Program-made: the position numbers and the translations under genes
The notes under the pieces: model-generated
The model's input: the letters and a program-made list of their open reading frames with translations, nothing else
Told to the model about the DNA's origin: nothing
Databases searched by the model: none
Assembly: GCA_043228905.1 (NCBI GenBank)
Contig: JBHGNT010000017.1
Coordinates: 6,944,001 to 7,008,000, forward strand
Reading direction: 5' to 3'
From: Azolla caroliniana
Lineage: Eukaryota; Plantae; Polypodiophyta
Length of the DNA stretch: 64,000 bases
Shown: positions 11,940 through 26,300 of the stretch, one piece after another
Layout: each line of letters opens with the position of its first letter
How positions within the stretch are numbered: the first letter of the stretch is position 1

Positions 11940-14340
11940 TTTATTATCATCTTGGAAGGTTAATTTAACCAATGAGACAAAAAATATAACATTTTCACAA
12001 AGTACACGTGAAAGTGAGTAGTGACTCTTGATGTTCAAGAACTTTAATCAAGTGTGCACACCATGACTATGAGAGAAATTCGTGTAAGGATTGGGTTATG
12101 GTCATAGGTGTGGACAGCTTAGTCTGATGTGATCAAAGGCAAATCATTGGATCAAAATGTGATGCTTAGACTCCCAAACTTTTTAGGGCAAAGTGTGTGT
12201 TAGTTAATTACTCTCATCACTTGTTCCCCAATGCCCTGTCTCACATAATACTAAATGTGAGCTAAGTTGCATGGAAGCAAGGGTTCACATGGTAGACAAC
12301 GGAATGAGCTCTGTTGTGTGTGTTTCGCTATTTGCCGAATAACTTGGTTTTGTAGTTAGGTGCAACATATGTAATATAACGTGTAAAGCATGAGCTTCCA
12401 CACTTTTCTCATATCATGATACATTGGCATTGCAAAAATGACTCATTTACATAGGAATCTCTTGATACATCATGAAGTAAGTGTTTGCATCCCATATTGC
12501 AAACAAAATTTCCATATCTTGCATCCAACCAAAACACGATATTCCATGGCCATGATCTTAATGGCCATGGAATATCGTGTTTTGGTCATGGCCATTTCCA
12601 TGGCCATGATCTTAATGGGAAGTGATCCTAGTTTAAGAGGCAAGAGCGTGTATAGATTTCTTATTTGAGTTGGAGAAACTTTATAAGAAAAATGCTTTTG
12701 GACATTTTCAACTCTTTCCACATGGACTAAGGGATGCTACCCCTCAAACTTCCACCCCATAAAGAAGTAGTGATATCACAAAGTATCAAAAAGATATTTC
12801 TTGAGGACTTAATACTTAATTTCTCCATGATTGCATGTGTTCTCAAATGCATAATATGCTCTCTTTCCCACCTCTAAGTGGTGGGTAGCACATCCATTTG
12901 AATTATGATTTGAAGTAACTTCAAGGACAAGCTATTTAAAGTTTTCCATAGTTTCAAGTGGTTTATTATTGTACATATTGCACGATTAATCCTTATTTTG
13001 GTTCTTCACAATCGTAATATTTTTTTAGAGCTATTAACTCTCAACTTTATATACATGAAAAACTCTTCCAATGCGCTCATAAGTATTTGTGCATCTCCTA
13101 TAATGTTTGCAAAAAATATTGCATCATCTGCATACAACAAAATCATGATGACTACATTTCCAATGACAACTTCTTCAATGTTTTCTTCCTTTACAAACTT
13201 AGCAGTCATTTTTTCTAATTTGTTCGTGCATGGACAAACTAGAGTTGGTGAGGGGTGTACATCCTTGCTTAGCACCAATATGTGATTGAAATAATTTAAA
13301 AATTCATCGCCCATACACACAACATATAACGTTCTCACATTTTTGGGCAATTGCAAGAATTTATTCAATTGGCACACCGAGTTCTTCCATGTGTCCCTAT
13401 ATATGCTTACGGGGTACCATTGCAAAAGCTTTCTTGAAGTCTATGAAGTAACAATATAAATGTTGAGATATCAAGCTCAACTAAGCTTAGACATTTAGTT
13501 AACCACGTAACTTAGTAGTTACCTAGATAGAATCTAGTTAGAAGTGTTGACTATAAATACTTAAATAAGATTCGGCACTTAAGAGGGATACATTCTAGAT
13601 CATCCACCCCCAAGTACATTTAATATAGGACTTACACCTTTGTACCTATATTCTCCTCACACATGTGCACCCTTGCACATGAAATCTATATATACCTCAT
13701 TGTGGGTATTTTTGTAACTTGATAATGCTTATTAATATAGAGAGAAGTCTTTTGCTACACTCTTGTTAATCATCCCCCATCTTGTCTTATTGTTCATTAG
13801 TGTTCTTTCTCTTTTCCTCTCATACTCTCACATACACACACACACATAATATAATCTTCCGTTACTTAATCACATACGTGATTAACCATTCACATAATTA
13901 GGTACTAATTAACCATTAGTTAATTACCTAATTATTAACAATAAACTTCTCAAGCGACTTTCTTCTGTTAATGCTTGAACGGTGATAGGGTGATTGATGG
14001 TGCTATAATGCTTCCGAAAGCCAACTTTTCCATAAGCTCGCTTACTTTTCTTTTTAGGCAATGCACTTACCTTTGACTCCATTCTATATCCAAATAGTTT
14101 CATCATTAGTGAGCAACCCATGACAATTCGGTAATTGTTTACATTATTTATATCTTCATCTTTGGTAAAGGTTTAATCCAATTCATAGGGCATGTCATAT
14201 TACAATTCATGATTGAACATATCACATATCCATGCATGTGATTCCTTTCCTATCCATTTGAGCATTTTAGCCTTTATACATTGAAGGTCACTTACCTTTC
14301 GAGAGGCTAATTTCTTAATACTTATGTATACATCTTCAAT
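11940..14340 (-). mobile_element. 5'-truncated non-LTR retrotransposon (RTE-X-like LINE), copy 1, split by a solo LTR
   Basis: RT motifs on the minus strand: GFRKHYST (ORF 13924-14121), CYFIDFKKAF (~13425-13453), ILLYADDAI (ORF 13006-13425). The C-terminal region is homologous to 14380-15175. Confidence 0.8.
13461..13940 (+). mobile_element. Solo LTR, Copia family A (480 bp)
   Basis: TGTTGAG...TTAACA termini, exact TSD ATAAA (13456-13460 and 13941-13945), homologous to LTRs at 16142 and 25948. It interrupts the LINE RT. Confidence 0.92.
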
Positions 14341-14379
14341 TCTAAGGAATGGAGGCATATGTGAAAGAGAGATAGATTA

Positions 14380-15175
14380 TATTATATTATCATCTTCGGA
14401 GGTCAAATATGACCTATGAGACCAGAAATATTACATTTCACGTGATATGTGTGAAAGTGAGTAGCGACTCTCAATGTTCAAGAACTTTACCGATGAATTT
14501 TGCAATTGAGATGTGTGGTTGTGAGAAAAATTCGTGCAAGGATTGGGCTTGGTTGAAGATTTGTGCAAAGCATGATTGAATACGATCAAAGGCAGAGCAT
14601 TGTATCAAAGTGTAATACTCAGACTCTCAAACATGTTTAGGGCAAAGTGTGCATAGATGACCACTCTCATCACTTGTGCCCCAACGCCTCGTCTCATATT
14701 GCAAGCATGTGAGCTAAGTTGCACGAAAGCAATGGTTCGAATGGAAGACAACGAAATGGGCTCTAACATGTATGGATGTGTACGGTTTCCCTATTCCGCG
14801 AAGAATATGGTTTTGTAGTTGGGTGCAACATGTGTAGTATAATGTATGAAGCGTGAGCGTCCACATTTTTCCCATGTCATGATACATTGGCGTTGCAAAA
14901 AGGCCTCATTTACAAAGGAATCTAGTGATGCATCATGAAGCAAATGTGTTGCATCCCATCTACCAAACCATCTTTTCATATCTTGCATCCAACCGAAACA
15001 CAAAATTTTGCTTTTATGCGTCTTTTGGATCTATTTTCTTGCTTCCCATGCGATTCTAGGAAGTCGATGTGAGAGACTTTTTTGAACCTTAAGCATGTAT
15101 TCAGCAACCCTTACCATGGCCAAGATCTCAATGGGAAGTGATCCCATCTCAAAGAGGAGGATGATGTCTGGCATT
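14380..15175 (-). mobile_element. RTE-X-like LINE 3' portion, copy 2
   Basis: Minus strand reads GSLPIEILAMVRVAEYMLK..RLPRIAW, then (across a frameshift) LSSH.LQYETRRWG...CTLC...ESEYYTLIQC, a C-terminal CCHC-like motif. Cut at 15176 by a Copia LTR. Confidence 0.7.
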
Positions 15176-16141
15176 TGTGTACGAAATAGTGCTCGGCCAC
15201 AACCGAGTCTCAATCACTTAATGGAAGAAAACAGAAAATAGATATAAGACGACACAAGATGTTAATGTGGAAAACCCTAATTGGGAAAAAACCACGGGAG
15301 CCCACAGACTCCAACTATCACTATGAGAGGAAGGAAGGGTACAATGGGAGACTCAGAGGCAACGACCTCGAGCTCTATCCTCGCCTACCGGCGGTTACAA
15401 CAGAAAAGACTCTCTCTCTCTCTCTCTCTCTATACAACAATAATGATAACAACAACAACATTATGAACATTGTTTCCCTAGTTATATTTATACTTATATA
15501 ACTTTAGGACTATTTACAAATATGACTTGAAACAGTCACATCGGAACGTATACATAAACTAATGTCATCCGGATACCAACCGGATCCATCTGATCTGGTT
15601 TCGGGATATCTTTCGGATCCATCCGGTTCGGTTCTTTCCTTTGGCTCGTCAGATTCAGCTTGTCCAATTCTCATCCGGATCCCATCCAGAGGAACAGAAT
15701 TCTCAACAAACTCCCCCTTCACTCCGGCATGGGATATCTTATCAATCCAATCCGTTTTTGACACATGTCCAACTTCTCAACTGACAACACCTTGGTCAGC
15801 ATGTCCGACCCATTCTCCTCCGTGTGGATCTTCGTCAACGAGAACTCTTTATCTTCTACTTTCTCCTGGAGCTAGTGGTATCTCCTTTGGCTGTGCTTGG
15901 TCTGGGAATGGTAGGCCGCGTTCTTTGCGAGGTGCCATCGAGGTGGATGGCACTCTAACTGTCACAATAGAGCTGGATCCCTAGCTCTCCGATGAAGTCC
16001 TTCATCCAGATTACCTCTTTGTTGGCTTCCATGGCTACCATATACTTCGTTTTCGTTGTCGACCATGCAACGATTCTAGAGCCTCGACTGCCACGATACG
16101 GCTCCCCCTGCATATGTCATGACATATTCGGATGTAGATCG
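15176..16141 (-). mobile_element. Ty1/Copia family B 3' end: RNase H remnant, PPT and 3' LTR (15176-15708)
   Basis: LTR homologous to 18347-18908 and 42567-43088; PPT (GAAGGGGGAG on minus) at ~15711-15720; RNase H sequence similar to 42150-42548. Interrupted at 16142. Confidence 0.85.
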
Positions 16142-18346
16142 TGTTGAGTGATCAAGCTCAACTTAGTTTAGTTAGTTAGTCAACCATGTAACTTCGTAGT
16201 TACCTAGATAGAATCTAGTTAGAAGTGTTGACTATAACGCCTTAAATAGAACCTTGTACTTAACTGGGATATTCTAGATCCTCCACTCCTAAGTACATTT
16301 AATATAGGACTTACACCTTAGTACCTATATTCTACTCACACATGTGCACCTTTGCACATGAGATGTATATATACCTCATTGTGAGTATTTTTGTATTTGA
16401 TGATGATAATGTTAAGTTAATATAGAGTTAATCATCCCCCATCTTGTGTTGTTCATAAGTGTTAACTTCCTCTCTCTCTCTTCCTCTCACACACATATCA
16501 CATAATCTTCCGTGCTTAACTTAATCATATAATTAGGTACTAATTAACCCTTTCTTAATTACTTACCTAATTCTTAACATGGTATCAGAGCGTGTGGTTT
16601 AGCACATCCACTAAGCCCATTTGCCTCTTCATAATAGTGTGTTCGAGACGCCGATGACAAAATCCGGCTATCGGCTACCGTAGTGCCGCTACGTAGCACG
16701 TGTACGTGATCGAAGGAAGAAAAGCAGAAGAAGAGAAGAAACTAATCAACATGGGTGGCTTGCTCCCTAGTGAAAAGCTAGACCGGAGCAATTATTCATC
16801 TTGGGAGTACAAGATGACCCAATACCTCGTCGACCAAGGGTATTGGAGCTACATCAACGACGCTCAAGAAAATCGACCTGACCCAAAGAACGCCGACTAC
16901 TCAACATGGGAGCAAACGGCGAGTCGAGTCATGTATTGCTTGGCAACATGTGTGCACGACCACATGCTTATCCACATTCAAGACGCCAAGACGCCCAAAG
17001 AGGCGTGGGAGAACTTAAAGAAAATGTTCGCCGCCAACATGACCGCCCGAAAGCTTCAACTCCGACAAGAGTTGAACATTCAGCAAAAATACATGTCCGT
17101 GTCGGACTACACCGCCAATATCAAGAGCATTTGCGACTCGCTTGGCTCCATCAAAATAAATGTCGACGAAGATGAGATGGTTCAAGTATGCTTGGGCAGC
17201 CTTGCACAACGATTCGACTCGTTGAGGACGACAATCTTGGCGAGGGAAAACCATCCTTCGTTCTTCGACCTCCAATCAATCAATGTTATTGGTCAAAGAG
17301 AACCATGTCCGAACAAAGATGAAGACATCGGAAGGACAAATGTCCTTCTCAAGTTCAGACGGTGGTCGAGGATGAGGTCACGACGGCAGAAGAGGCCAAT
17401 TCGGCCCATCACACGAAGGGAACTCAAACCATCATGGAAGCCACCGAGGAACCTTCGGAAGAAGGGGGAGCTTCCACACGGAACATGATCAACAAACGAG
17501 GTTCGCAACTTGCAATTATTGCGGCAAAATCGGCCACTACAAGGCGGAGTGTCAGTAAAAGAGAAGTGAGTCGGCTTCAACAAGTCGACAACACACAAAC
17601 TACGCCACCAACTCCGAATATGAAGACTATGACGGACTATTCGTAATGAGGCATAGAGCGAACTCTATGACGTCCTCCAACTCTGCAAGCACCTCCAACT
17701 CGGAAGACATGTGGTTCGTCGATTCCGGTGCCTCGCATCACATGACATCCCACAAAGAGTGGTTCAATGACTTGCGTACACCGGATCGACCCGGCTACAT
17801 AGAGACGGGAGACGACACCACACATCCCATTCAACACATCGAAAATGTCCCATTCGGGAAAGAAGGCGAGCAAAATTGCATCAAGAATGTCTTGCATGTG
17901 CCCACAATAACAAAGAATTTGGTCTCCGTCGGCCAAATCGTGGAGCAAGGCATGCAAGTCTGCTTCAACAACGAAGGATGCTTCATCGAGAAAGATGGCC
18001 GACTCATAGCGAATGTTCATCCTCGATTCGAACAAGGTGAAATCGGCAATGTACGCCAAATGTCTCAAAACCGAGACAAGCATTGAATTGTGGCACAAGA
18101 GAATCGGCCACATAAACCTTCAACGGCTTCGAGTTATGCAATCAAAGGGAGTTTTCATTGGACTTCTGACATTCAAGTTGATCGAGTATGCGAAGCATGT
18201 CAACTAGGAAAACAACATCGACTCCCATTCTCGAAGGAGAGCCACGCGAGCAAAGGCCTCGTCGACATCATACACTTGGATGTATGGGGACCGGCCCAAA
18301 TGCCAACGATCGGCGGATGTCGATTCTATGTCACCTTCATCGACAA
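16142..18346 (+). mobile_element. Ty1/Copia family A copy 1, 5' half (LTR 16142-16579, PBS, gag, protease, start of integrase)
   Basis: PBS TGGTATCAGAGC (tRNA-iMet) at 16580-16591; gag EKLDRSNYSSWEYKM; protease WFVDSGASHHM; GAG-pre-integrase LWHKRIGH..CEACQLGK; integrase HLDVWGP..YVTFID. Frameshifted. Confidence 0.9.
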
Positions 18347-20541
18347 TGTTAGGATTTCGGTCCCTCCGATGGGATATGAGTACCCGGCAACGTAGACCCG
18401 GTGAGAACCGGATGATGCAAGCCCGGTGAGAACCTCTCACCGGATGAAGGGACATATATGTAAATATGTCTTTGTTAGCCCATTGTGGCTACATTCGTAA
18501 ATAGCCCAAAAGTCATATTAGTATAAATATGACCTAGGGCAAACAGAGTATGATGATGGATGTAGTTGTTGTCATATTTGTGTAACTGTTGTACAGAGCG
18601 TAGCAGAGAGAGAGAGAGATACATAGTGATTCTCTGTTGTAACTGCTGTCAGGCGAAGAGTGTGAGCACAAGGTCGTTGCCTCTATGCCCCCTGTTGTAT
18701 TCTTTGACATAGTGATAGTTTGGAGTCCGTGGGCTCCCGTGGTTTTTCCCATTTAGGGTTTTCCACGTTAACATACTGTGTACACTCTCTTTCAGTGGTT
18801 TGTGTATACATTCATCTATCTCCACATTCCCATTTTTGTGATTGTAATTCTCAACGAAGTAGTTGAAGACTCGGTTGTGGCCGAGCATTATTCCGCATAT
18901 TCACATCAAACTGGTATCAAAGCGAAACGACACAGAAAATGGAAGATTCATTTGGCGGCATGTTCAAGCTCACCGGCTCCAACTACTCAATGTGGAAGTC
19001 AAAGATGAGGGACATGCTCGTGGTTAAAGATCTTTGGTTTCCGGTTCAGTTCGGGGACAAGAGACCGGACAAGATCGATCCCATGATATGGGAGGTGATG
19101 CACATGAAGACAACGACGTACATACGGTGTTTTATCGACATGAGCCTGTACAACAACTTTAATGAGAAGAGTAAGGCTCATGAACTCTGGGAGAAGATCG
19201 ACATTATGTTCTAGAACAAAAATGTTGTTAATCGGGTTTCGATATTCCGGAAGCTAGTGTGGCTCCGGTACCAAGATGGCTCCAGCATGGCGGAGCACAT
19301 GAATGCCTTCCAGGGGATGATTCACCAGGTAACATCGTTGGAAGTACCTCTCGCCGATGAGGTACTAGCATTACTCCTGCTTGGTTCCCTCCTGGATAGC
19401 TGGGAGACATTACTTATCACTTTGGGCAACGCTGGGCCGGAAGGAAAACAATTGTCCCTAGCAAGAGTCAAGTCGAGCTTGCTAGATGAGGAGGTGCGTC
19501 GGAAAGACAAAGAGGTGATCTCTGACCCCAAAGCGCTCCTTACCAAATCGGAACGCGGAAGACAAAGGAACTGTAGTCCCCAGAACTGGGAAAAGTCGGG
19601 TACATGGTCAAAGTCAAGGGGGAGGCCTACTTGCTTCTATTGCGGCAAGCTGGGACACTTCCAAAAGAATTGTTGGCATTTCCGGAAGGACAAGGGAACC
19701 GATAGTACCGATTCGAAGAAGTCACCAGACCAAAACAATTCGGATCGGCGAGGATTGGACCGGAAGGGAACGACGACAATCGCGGCAAGTGAAGAGGAGT
19801 TGATGCTCATCATCGAGGAGAGTGAGTTGAACCTTGCCGGCAACGAGACAACGTGGGTTGTTGATACCGGAGCGTCGTTCCACCTGACTCCAGAATGCTT
19901 CTCATTCTACACAACCAATGTGCATGGCTATGTTCGGTGGGGAATGAAGGTACATGCCGAATTGTCGGCATAGGAGACGTGTGGTTGACAACACCAACTA
20001 GATGCAAGCTGCTGCTGAAGGATGTCTGACACGTTCCGGAGTTTCGACTGAACCTAATATCAGCTGGTTCGCTAGACGATGAAGGCTACACGGGTAGCAT
20101 CCGGAACGGAGTCATGAAGTTCAGCAAAGGGAGCCTAATAGTGGCTCGGGCCCGGAAAGTCAACACTCTGTACCTAATGAATGCCCGGTTATGCCGGGAA
20201 GAAGTGAACGTTGCATCTGACACTGCCGGTGAGTTGTGGCACAAGAGACTGTGTCACATGAGTGAGAAGGGGATGAAGAGGCTTGCCGAAGACAACCTCA
20301 TTCCGGTGAAGGACGTGCATCTTGAGAGGTGCACCGACTGCCTGGCTAGTAAGCAAAACTGGACCTCCTTCCGCTCAAGGCCACCGATGAGACGTAATGC
20401 ACCACTAGAGCTGGTGCATACCGATGTGTGTCAAGTGGACACGAAGTCACATGCCGGATCGCAGTACTTCGTGACGTTCATAGATGACCACAGCCGGAAG
20501 TTGTGGGCCACACTGTTGAAGACGAAGGATCAGGTGCTCTT
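18347..20541 (+). mobile_element. Ty1/Copia family B (Tork/Tnt1-like) 5' half: LTR 18347-18908, PBS, gag-protease-integrase start
   Basis: TGTTAGG...CA LTR; PBS TGGTATCAAAGC at 18912; gag KLTGSNYSMWK, zinc knuckle CFYCGKLGHFQKNC, protease WVVDTGAS, LWHKRLCH, integrase VHTDVC..FIDDHSR. Ends abruptly at ~20541. Confidence 0.9.
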
Positions 20542-20544
20542 ATT

Positions 20545-23359
20545 CTTCTTATGCCCAGATCATTTCGGGCTCACTGGCCTCATCTTCCGGAATCAGGTGA
20601 TCGGGAGTCGGAGTCGGTAGAGTACCAGGATGCCGACTTGTGAAATTCAACATCGTGGCTTACTCGAACTTGTTTGGTCCGAGGCTTATAACACTTATAC
20701 CCCTTCTGCTCATGAGAGTAGTCGGCCAAAATGCACTTCTCCAACTTCAGGTCCAACTTCCTCCTCTTCTCATCGGGCACATACACATAGGCAATGTTGT
20801 CGAATATCCTCATGTGTCGTAGGTTCGGCTTCCGTTCGAAATGTAGTTTGTGTGCCGACACCTTATCACCAATCCGGTTTTAGATGTATACCACAGTCTG
20901 AACCACTTCAGCCTAGTAGAACTTGGGCATGCTCTTCTCGTCTAGCATCGCCCTTGCTGCTTCCACAATGGACCGGTTCTTCCTCTCAGCTACTCCATAA
21001 TTTTTGTTCTACAACTGAATTCTTGCCGAATTCCCTTCTATTGCAGATAACTGTTGAATTGATCAAAAAACTACTCTTTTCCACCATCCGACTGTAGGCA
21101 CTTGATCTTCCTCTTCGTTTCCTGTTTGACAAGACTTTGTATGTTCTAGAAACAATCAAAGACTTTGCTTTTCTTCTCAATGAGATAGATCCACATGTGT
21201 CGATTATAGTTGTCAATGAAAGAGACGAAATATCGACCCCCCCCAAGACTAACATTCTATGCCAGTCCCCATACATATGAATGTATCAAGTTGAGCTTAT
21301 TCTGGCTCTGGTTTCGCTCATTGGGGAATGGAAGTCGATGTTGTTTCCCCAACTGGCAGGCTTCACAAATTTGGGCCTTCTAGCCACTAAACTTTGGCAA
21401 TCTGAATACCACCTATTTTGATGGCAGATCCTGAAGCCTCTGGTAGTTGACATGGCCGATCTGCGTGTGCCATAATTCGATATTTGACTCGACTTTTTTT
21501 CCTTTCGCAAATAAAGTGGTGTCGACGTCATTAGTGTCGACAATGAACGGCCTCCCGTCCCGGCACCCTTGCGCGATGATCTGGCCCTCTTCCTCAATGA
21601 AGCACCCGAGATGCGTGAATTGAACTTGCATCCCCTGGTCGACAATCTATCCGACCGACACTAGGTTCTTTGTTATTTTTGGGATGTGCAACACATTCAT
21701 GAGCTTCCTTTTCTATCTGACATGGTTGAAGGGAACTTCTCCGACATGGTCGATCGGGTGTGGAGTGTCATCTCCGGTTTCAAAAACTTCTGGTTGCTCT
21801 AGTTTCTCCAGATACGAGAGCCACTCTTCATGGTTCGTCATATGGTTCGACTCCCCATAGTCAACATACCACACTGCTTCCAACTTGGAGGTGCTCTTCT
21901 TCATTTAGTTCACCTTGTGCTTCATCCCTCGGTGTAGTGCGAACTTTGCCAACTCCCTTGTCCGGTCTTGCTGGATTTGGATTTGTCTGAATTGGCACGC
22001 TTCTTCCAGCACTCGCTTTCTTGATGGCCTTTCTTTCCACTACCAGCATTCTATGTCGGTCTTTGATTGTCGGTTTCCGGTGCCCCTTGACTCCCCTTGC
22101 TCGTGGCGGGTCTAGAACCACTATCAGGACTATCTCTGTGCCTCCGATTTTGCTCTTGTCGGCCACCATTATTGCGTGCTGATCCATTTCGTCCTCCATG
22201 CCTAGGGGGGAAATCTACCTCCGTGTATAGCATCCGGCTATCCAATAGAGTGGTCCTCGACCCACTCACGTAGTTTTCTTCGACCATCCGAAACGATTGC
22301 AAATTGAAGAAGGATGTTAGCTTCTCTCGGGTGCAAATCGTCGTTTGGATAGGCCCGTACCTCTGTGTCAGACCTCAGAGGCAGATCTAGACCATCTCAA
22401 CTTCATCCACCATCACGTTCATGGACCCTAGCATGTCACATATCTCCTTTATCTTGGTGGTGTCTTCGATAACCGACATGTCCCTTTGTCGGATGTTGTT
22501 GAGCTCTTGCCAGAGCTGTAACTTACGGGCAACGGTACTTGCCGGGAAAATCTTCTTCAGATTTTCCTAGGCTTCATTCCACATTTTTGCGTATTTCATG
22601 TAGCCAAGCCTTTGATCATGCACACAGGACACAAGGCAGTGCAACACTCTACTCGCTCCTTGCTCCCATGCCAGGAAGTCCTTGTGTGCCGGCTCTAGTG
22701 TTACTTCATTCGCTCCTTCGAAATAGATCCAGTATCCACACCCAAGCAGGTACTGGTGCATCTTGTATGACCAAGACGTGTAGTTATTTCTATCGTGCTG
22801 CTCTGTTGGAAGCAAGCTAGCCAATCCTCTATCCATTTCCTTGTTTTTTCTATTCTTGACTAGAAGTTAGGTTTTCTTCTATCTAGTGCTTTCTATCGGT
22901 AGTAGAGGATTTTCAACCCTCTCACTCTGATTCCATGTAAAAGCTAATGTGCGGAAGCGTAGACAAACCAGCTCAGCCGGATAGCAACAGGAAAATAGAG
23001 ACAAGGTTTAATGGAAGCTTAAAAATACACAGTATGCAAGAGAGAGAGAGAGAGAGAGAGCAAAACATAAATTCTATTTCAAAAAATAATGAACACTATG
23101 TGCATACAATGTGCTAAGTGAGCACTTTGATACAAGTCCTCAAAAGGACTGACAGAAGTACCGACATGTACTTCAATGCTCGTATTGAGTGACTGACACT
23201 AACTCCTAAAAATATGCTTACGTACTAGGCTCATAGGCCTCTAACAGCCTATGTGTTACACTCAGATCCAGACACTGATTCGGCTCTATGTTCCGTACAC
23301 CGATCCAACTCTTGGCTTATTCAACCGATTTGGATCATGTTGAGCTTGTCCGCTCAACA
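20545..23359 (-). mobile_element. Ty1/Copia family C (A-related) 5' half: LTR 22936-23359, PBS, gag, protease, integrase
   Basis: PBS-like TGGAATCAGAG on minus at 22925-22935; gag DRNNYTSWSYKMHQYL; protease WYVDYGESNHM; LWHTQIGH; post-integrase KCIL..YS..QKGYKCY. No RT or 3' LTR. Confidence 0.88.
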
Positions 23360-26300
23360 TGAAGCATGTCAACTCAGCAAACAACATCGATTCTCATTCC
23401 CAAAATGAAAGACACATGAGTAAAGGCAATCTTGATGTGATTCACTCAGGTGTATGGGGGCCGGCTCAAATGCCGACGATCAGAGGATGTCGGTACTACA
23501 TCACCTTCATCGATGACTGCTCTCCCTACACGTGTATCTTCCCAATGAAGAAGAAGATTGACGTGATCTCCCAGTTCCAAAAGTTCAAGAGCCAAGTCGA
23601 AAAAGAAACCGGCCGACATATTTGATGCCTAGGAGTACTTCTCCAATGAATTCGTCTCCTATCTCGAAGGTGAGGGTATATAGAGAGAATTTCATGCCGA
23701 CACACACCCCAACAAAATGGTGTAGCCGAAAGAAAGAATCGGCACATACTCGAGGTAAGCACACGCCATGATAAACGAGAAGCACATGCTGAAATACAAT
23801 TGGGCCGGAGTAGCATCCACAACCGTCTACATTGTGACTCAATGCACAACTATTGGAGCACACAAACTAACTCCACACGAGGTGTATGCTAGAAAGAAAC
23901 CAACTCTATCACATGTAAGAGTGTTCAGAAGCATTGCGTATGTTCACATCCCGAACAAAAAACAACAAAATCTTGACCCGAAGTTGGAAAAATGTATTCT
24001 CGTCGGATATGTGTTCAAACAAAAGGGATACAAGTGTTTCAACCCTTCTACTCGTTCAGTTTGAGTAAGTCGGGATGTTATCTTTGATGAATCAACATCT
24101 TGGTATGAAACTAATTCGGCTCTATTTGGCCTAACTAAGGAAGAGTCAGACATCATCTCAGATGACGACATTTGGCCGAGACCTATACCTACTAGTCCAA
24201 ACTCAACCATGATGAGCGGACCACCAGAGCAAATGAGCAACCAAAGCACAATGAAACCATCGGCTAAGTCGGACAAAGGTAAAGGTAAGATTCCCGAATA
24301 CAAAGTCGACCACCCCGACGAAAGCGATTCGGATGAGTCGGCTCGCTCGCTAGACAGTGAGTTCGGAGTGCCCATTATGCGGACCCCTGGCATAAAGAAG
24401 GCATTGGCATCTATGAATGAAAAACTCCAACGCTCGTCCAAAGAGAAGAATCCGATCACTCTATTCAGCTACAATGAGTATATGGCACACCACTATGCCT
24501 TCATGATGAAGGTAGTAGTCGAACAAGAGCCCAAAAGCTTTATGGAAGCAACTCGTGACCCCTGATGGGTGGAAGCTATGGAAGAAGAAATGCAAGCGTT
24601 AGTCGACAATGATACATGGAATTTTGTCACACCTCCACCACACAAGAAGGCGATCGATTGCCGATGGATTTACAAGATCAAGCACAACACCGACGGCTCC
24701 ATCAACTGATACAAAGCCCGGCTTGTCACTAAGAGTTATGCTCAAACCCATGGCAACGACTATGAAGAAACCTTTGCCCTAGTGGCAAAACTTACCACAA
24801 TCCAAACGGTCCTTGCACTCGCAACAACGAAACGGTGGCATCTCCACCAAATGGACGTCAAGAATGCATTTCTTCAAGGCGAACTAGAGGATGAAGTCTA
24901 CATGGTTCAACCGCCCAACTTCAAGTAGAAATCACATCCGACTTCAATACGCCGACTCAAGAAGCCCCTCTATAGCCTCAAGTAAGCGACACAGGCTTGG
25001 CATTCAAAGATAACGCAATTTCTGCATCAAATCGGCTTTCGGATGTCCAAATCCGACAACTCCTTGTTTATCCGCAGCAACTCCAATGGTCGGATCTTTA
25101 TCATCATATATGTCGACGAATTGGTGGTTGGCGGAGAACACCTAATCGACATCAAGAAGGTCAAGATGCACCTCTCCAGGAAGTTTGAGATGAAAGACAT
25201 GTACAAACTTCATTACTTCCTGGGAATCGAGGTCATCCGAACCGGCGACATCATGCTCTCCCAATGCCACTACATTCTGAATCTTCTATTCAAGTTTGGC
25301 ATGATGGACCACAAGCCTTGATTGCAAATTAAAGTTGCATGCGGACTCTAACACACCATGTGAGTCAACTCAATATCGGCAAATCATTGGTAGTATCATC
25401 TATCTAACTATTACTTGACATGTCCTTAGATATCCGGTAAGCCTTCTTAGCCAATTCATGCAAACACCGTGTGACATGCATTTGCATTATGCTAAGCGAG
25501 TCCTACGATATGTTATTGGGACCATGGATTGGGGAATCTTCTACAAGACAGGAGCGATTATTCGGCTACACAGATGTCGATTGGGTTGGCAGCGTATCTA
25601 ATCGACGGTCAACATCCAGCTTCGTCTTCTCGTTAAAAAATAGAGCAATCTCTTGGAGTAACAAGAAGCAACCCACAGTTGCCTTGTCCAGCACCAAAGC
25701 CAAATACAAAGGCGCGGTCATCGCCACTTGTGAAGCGATTTGGTTCAAACTACTACTCAAGGACCTCAACGAATCGGTTGACAAACTGATACGTATCTAC
25801 TACGACAATCAAAATAGCATACAGCTAGCACGCAATCTAGTATTTCATGCCCAAAAAAAACATACTTGAGCTTGAGGGGACGTGAAGCCGACAACATCGA
25901 TAGTCAATCCGAACGTCGAACGTCGAACACTTGAGCTTGAGGGGGCGTGTTGAGATATCAAGATCAACTAGATTTAGTTATTTTATCAATTATGTAACTT
26001 AGTAGTTACATAAATAGAATGTAGTTAGTATGTTGACCTTAAAGCCTTAAATAGGACTTTGTACTTAAGTAGGGATACATTCTAGATCCTCCCCTCTCAA
26101 GTTCATTAAATATATGACTTACATCCTTGTACCCATATTCTCTTCACTGGCACATGAGATGTATATATACCTCATTGTGCACCCTTGCACATGAGATGTA
26201 TATATACCTCATTGCACCCTTGCACATGAGATGTATATATAACTCATTGTGGGTATTTTTGTAACTTGATGTCTTTTTAATATTATAAGTAAGAGTTCCT

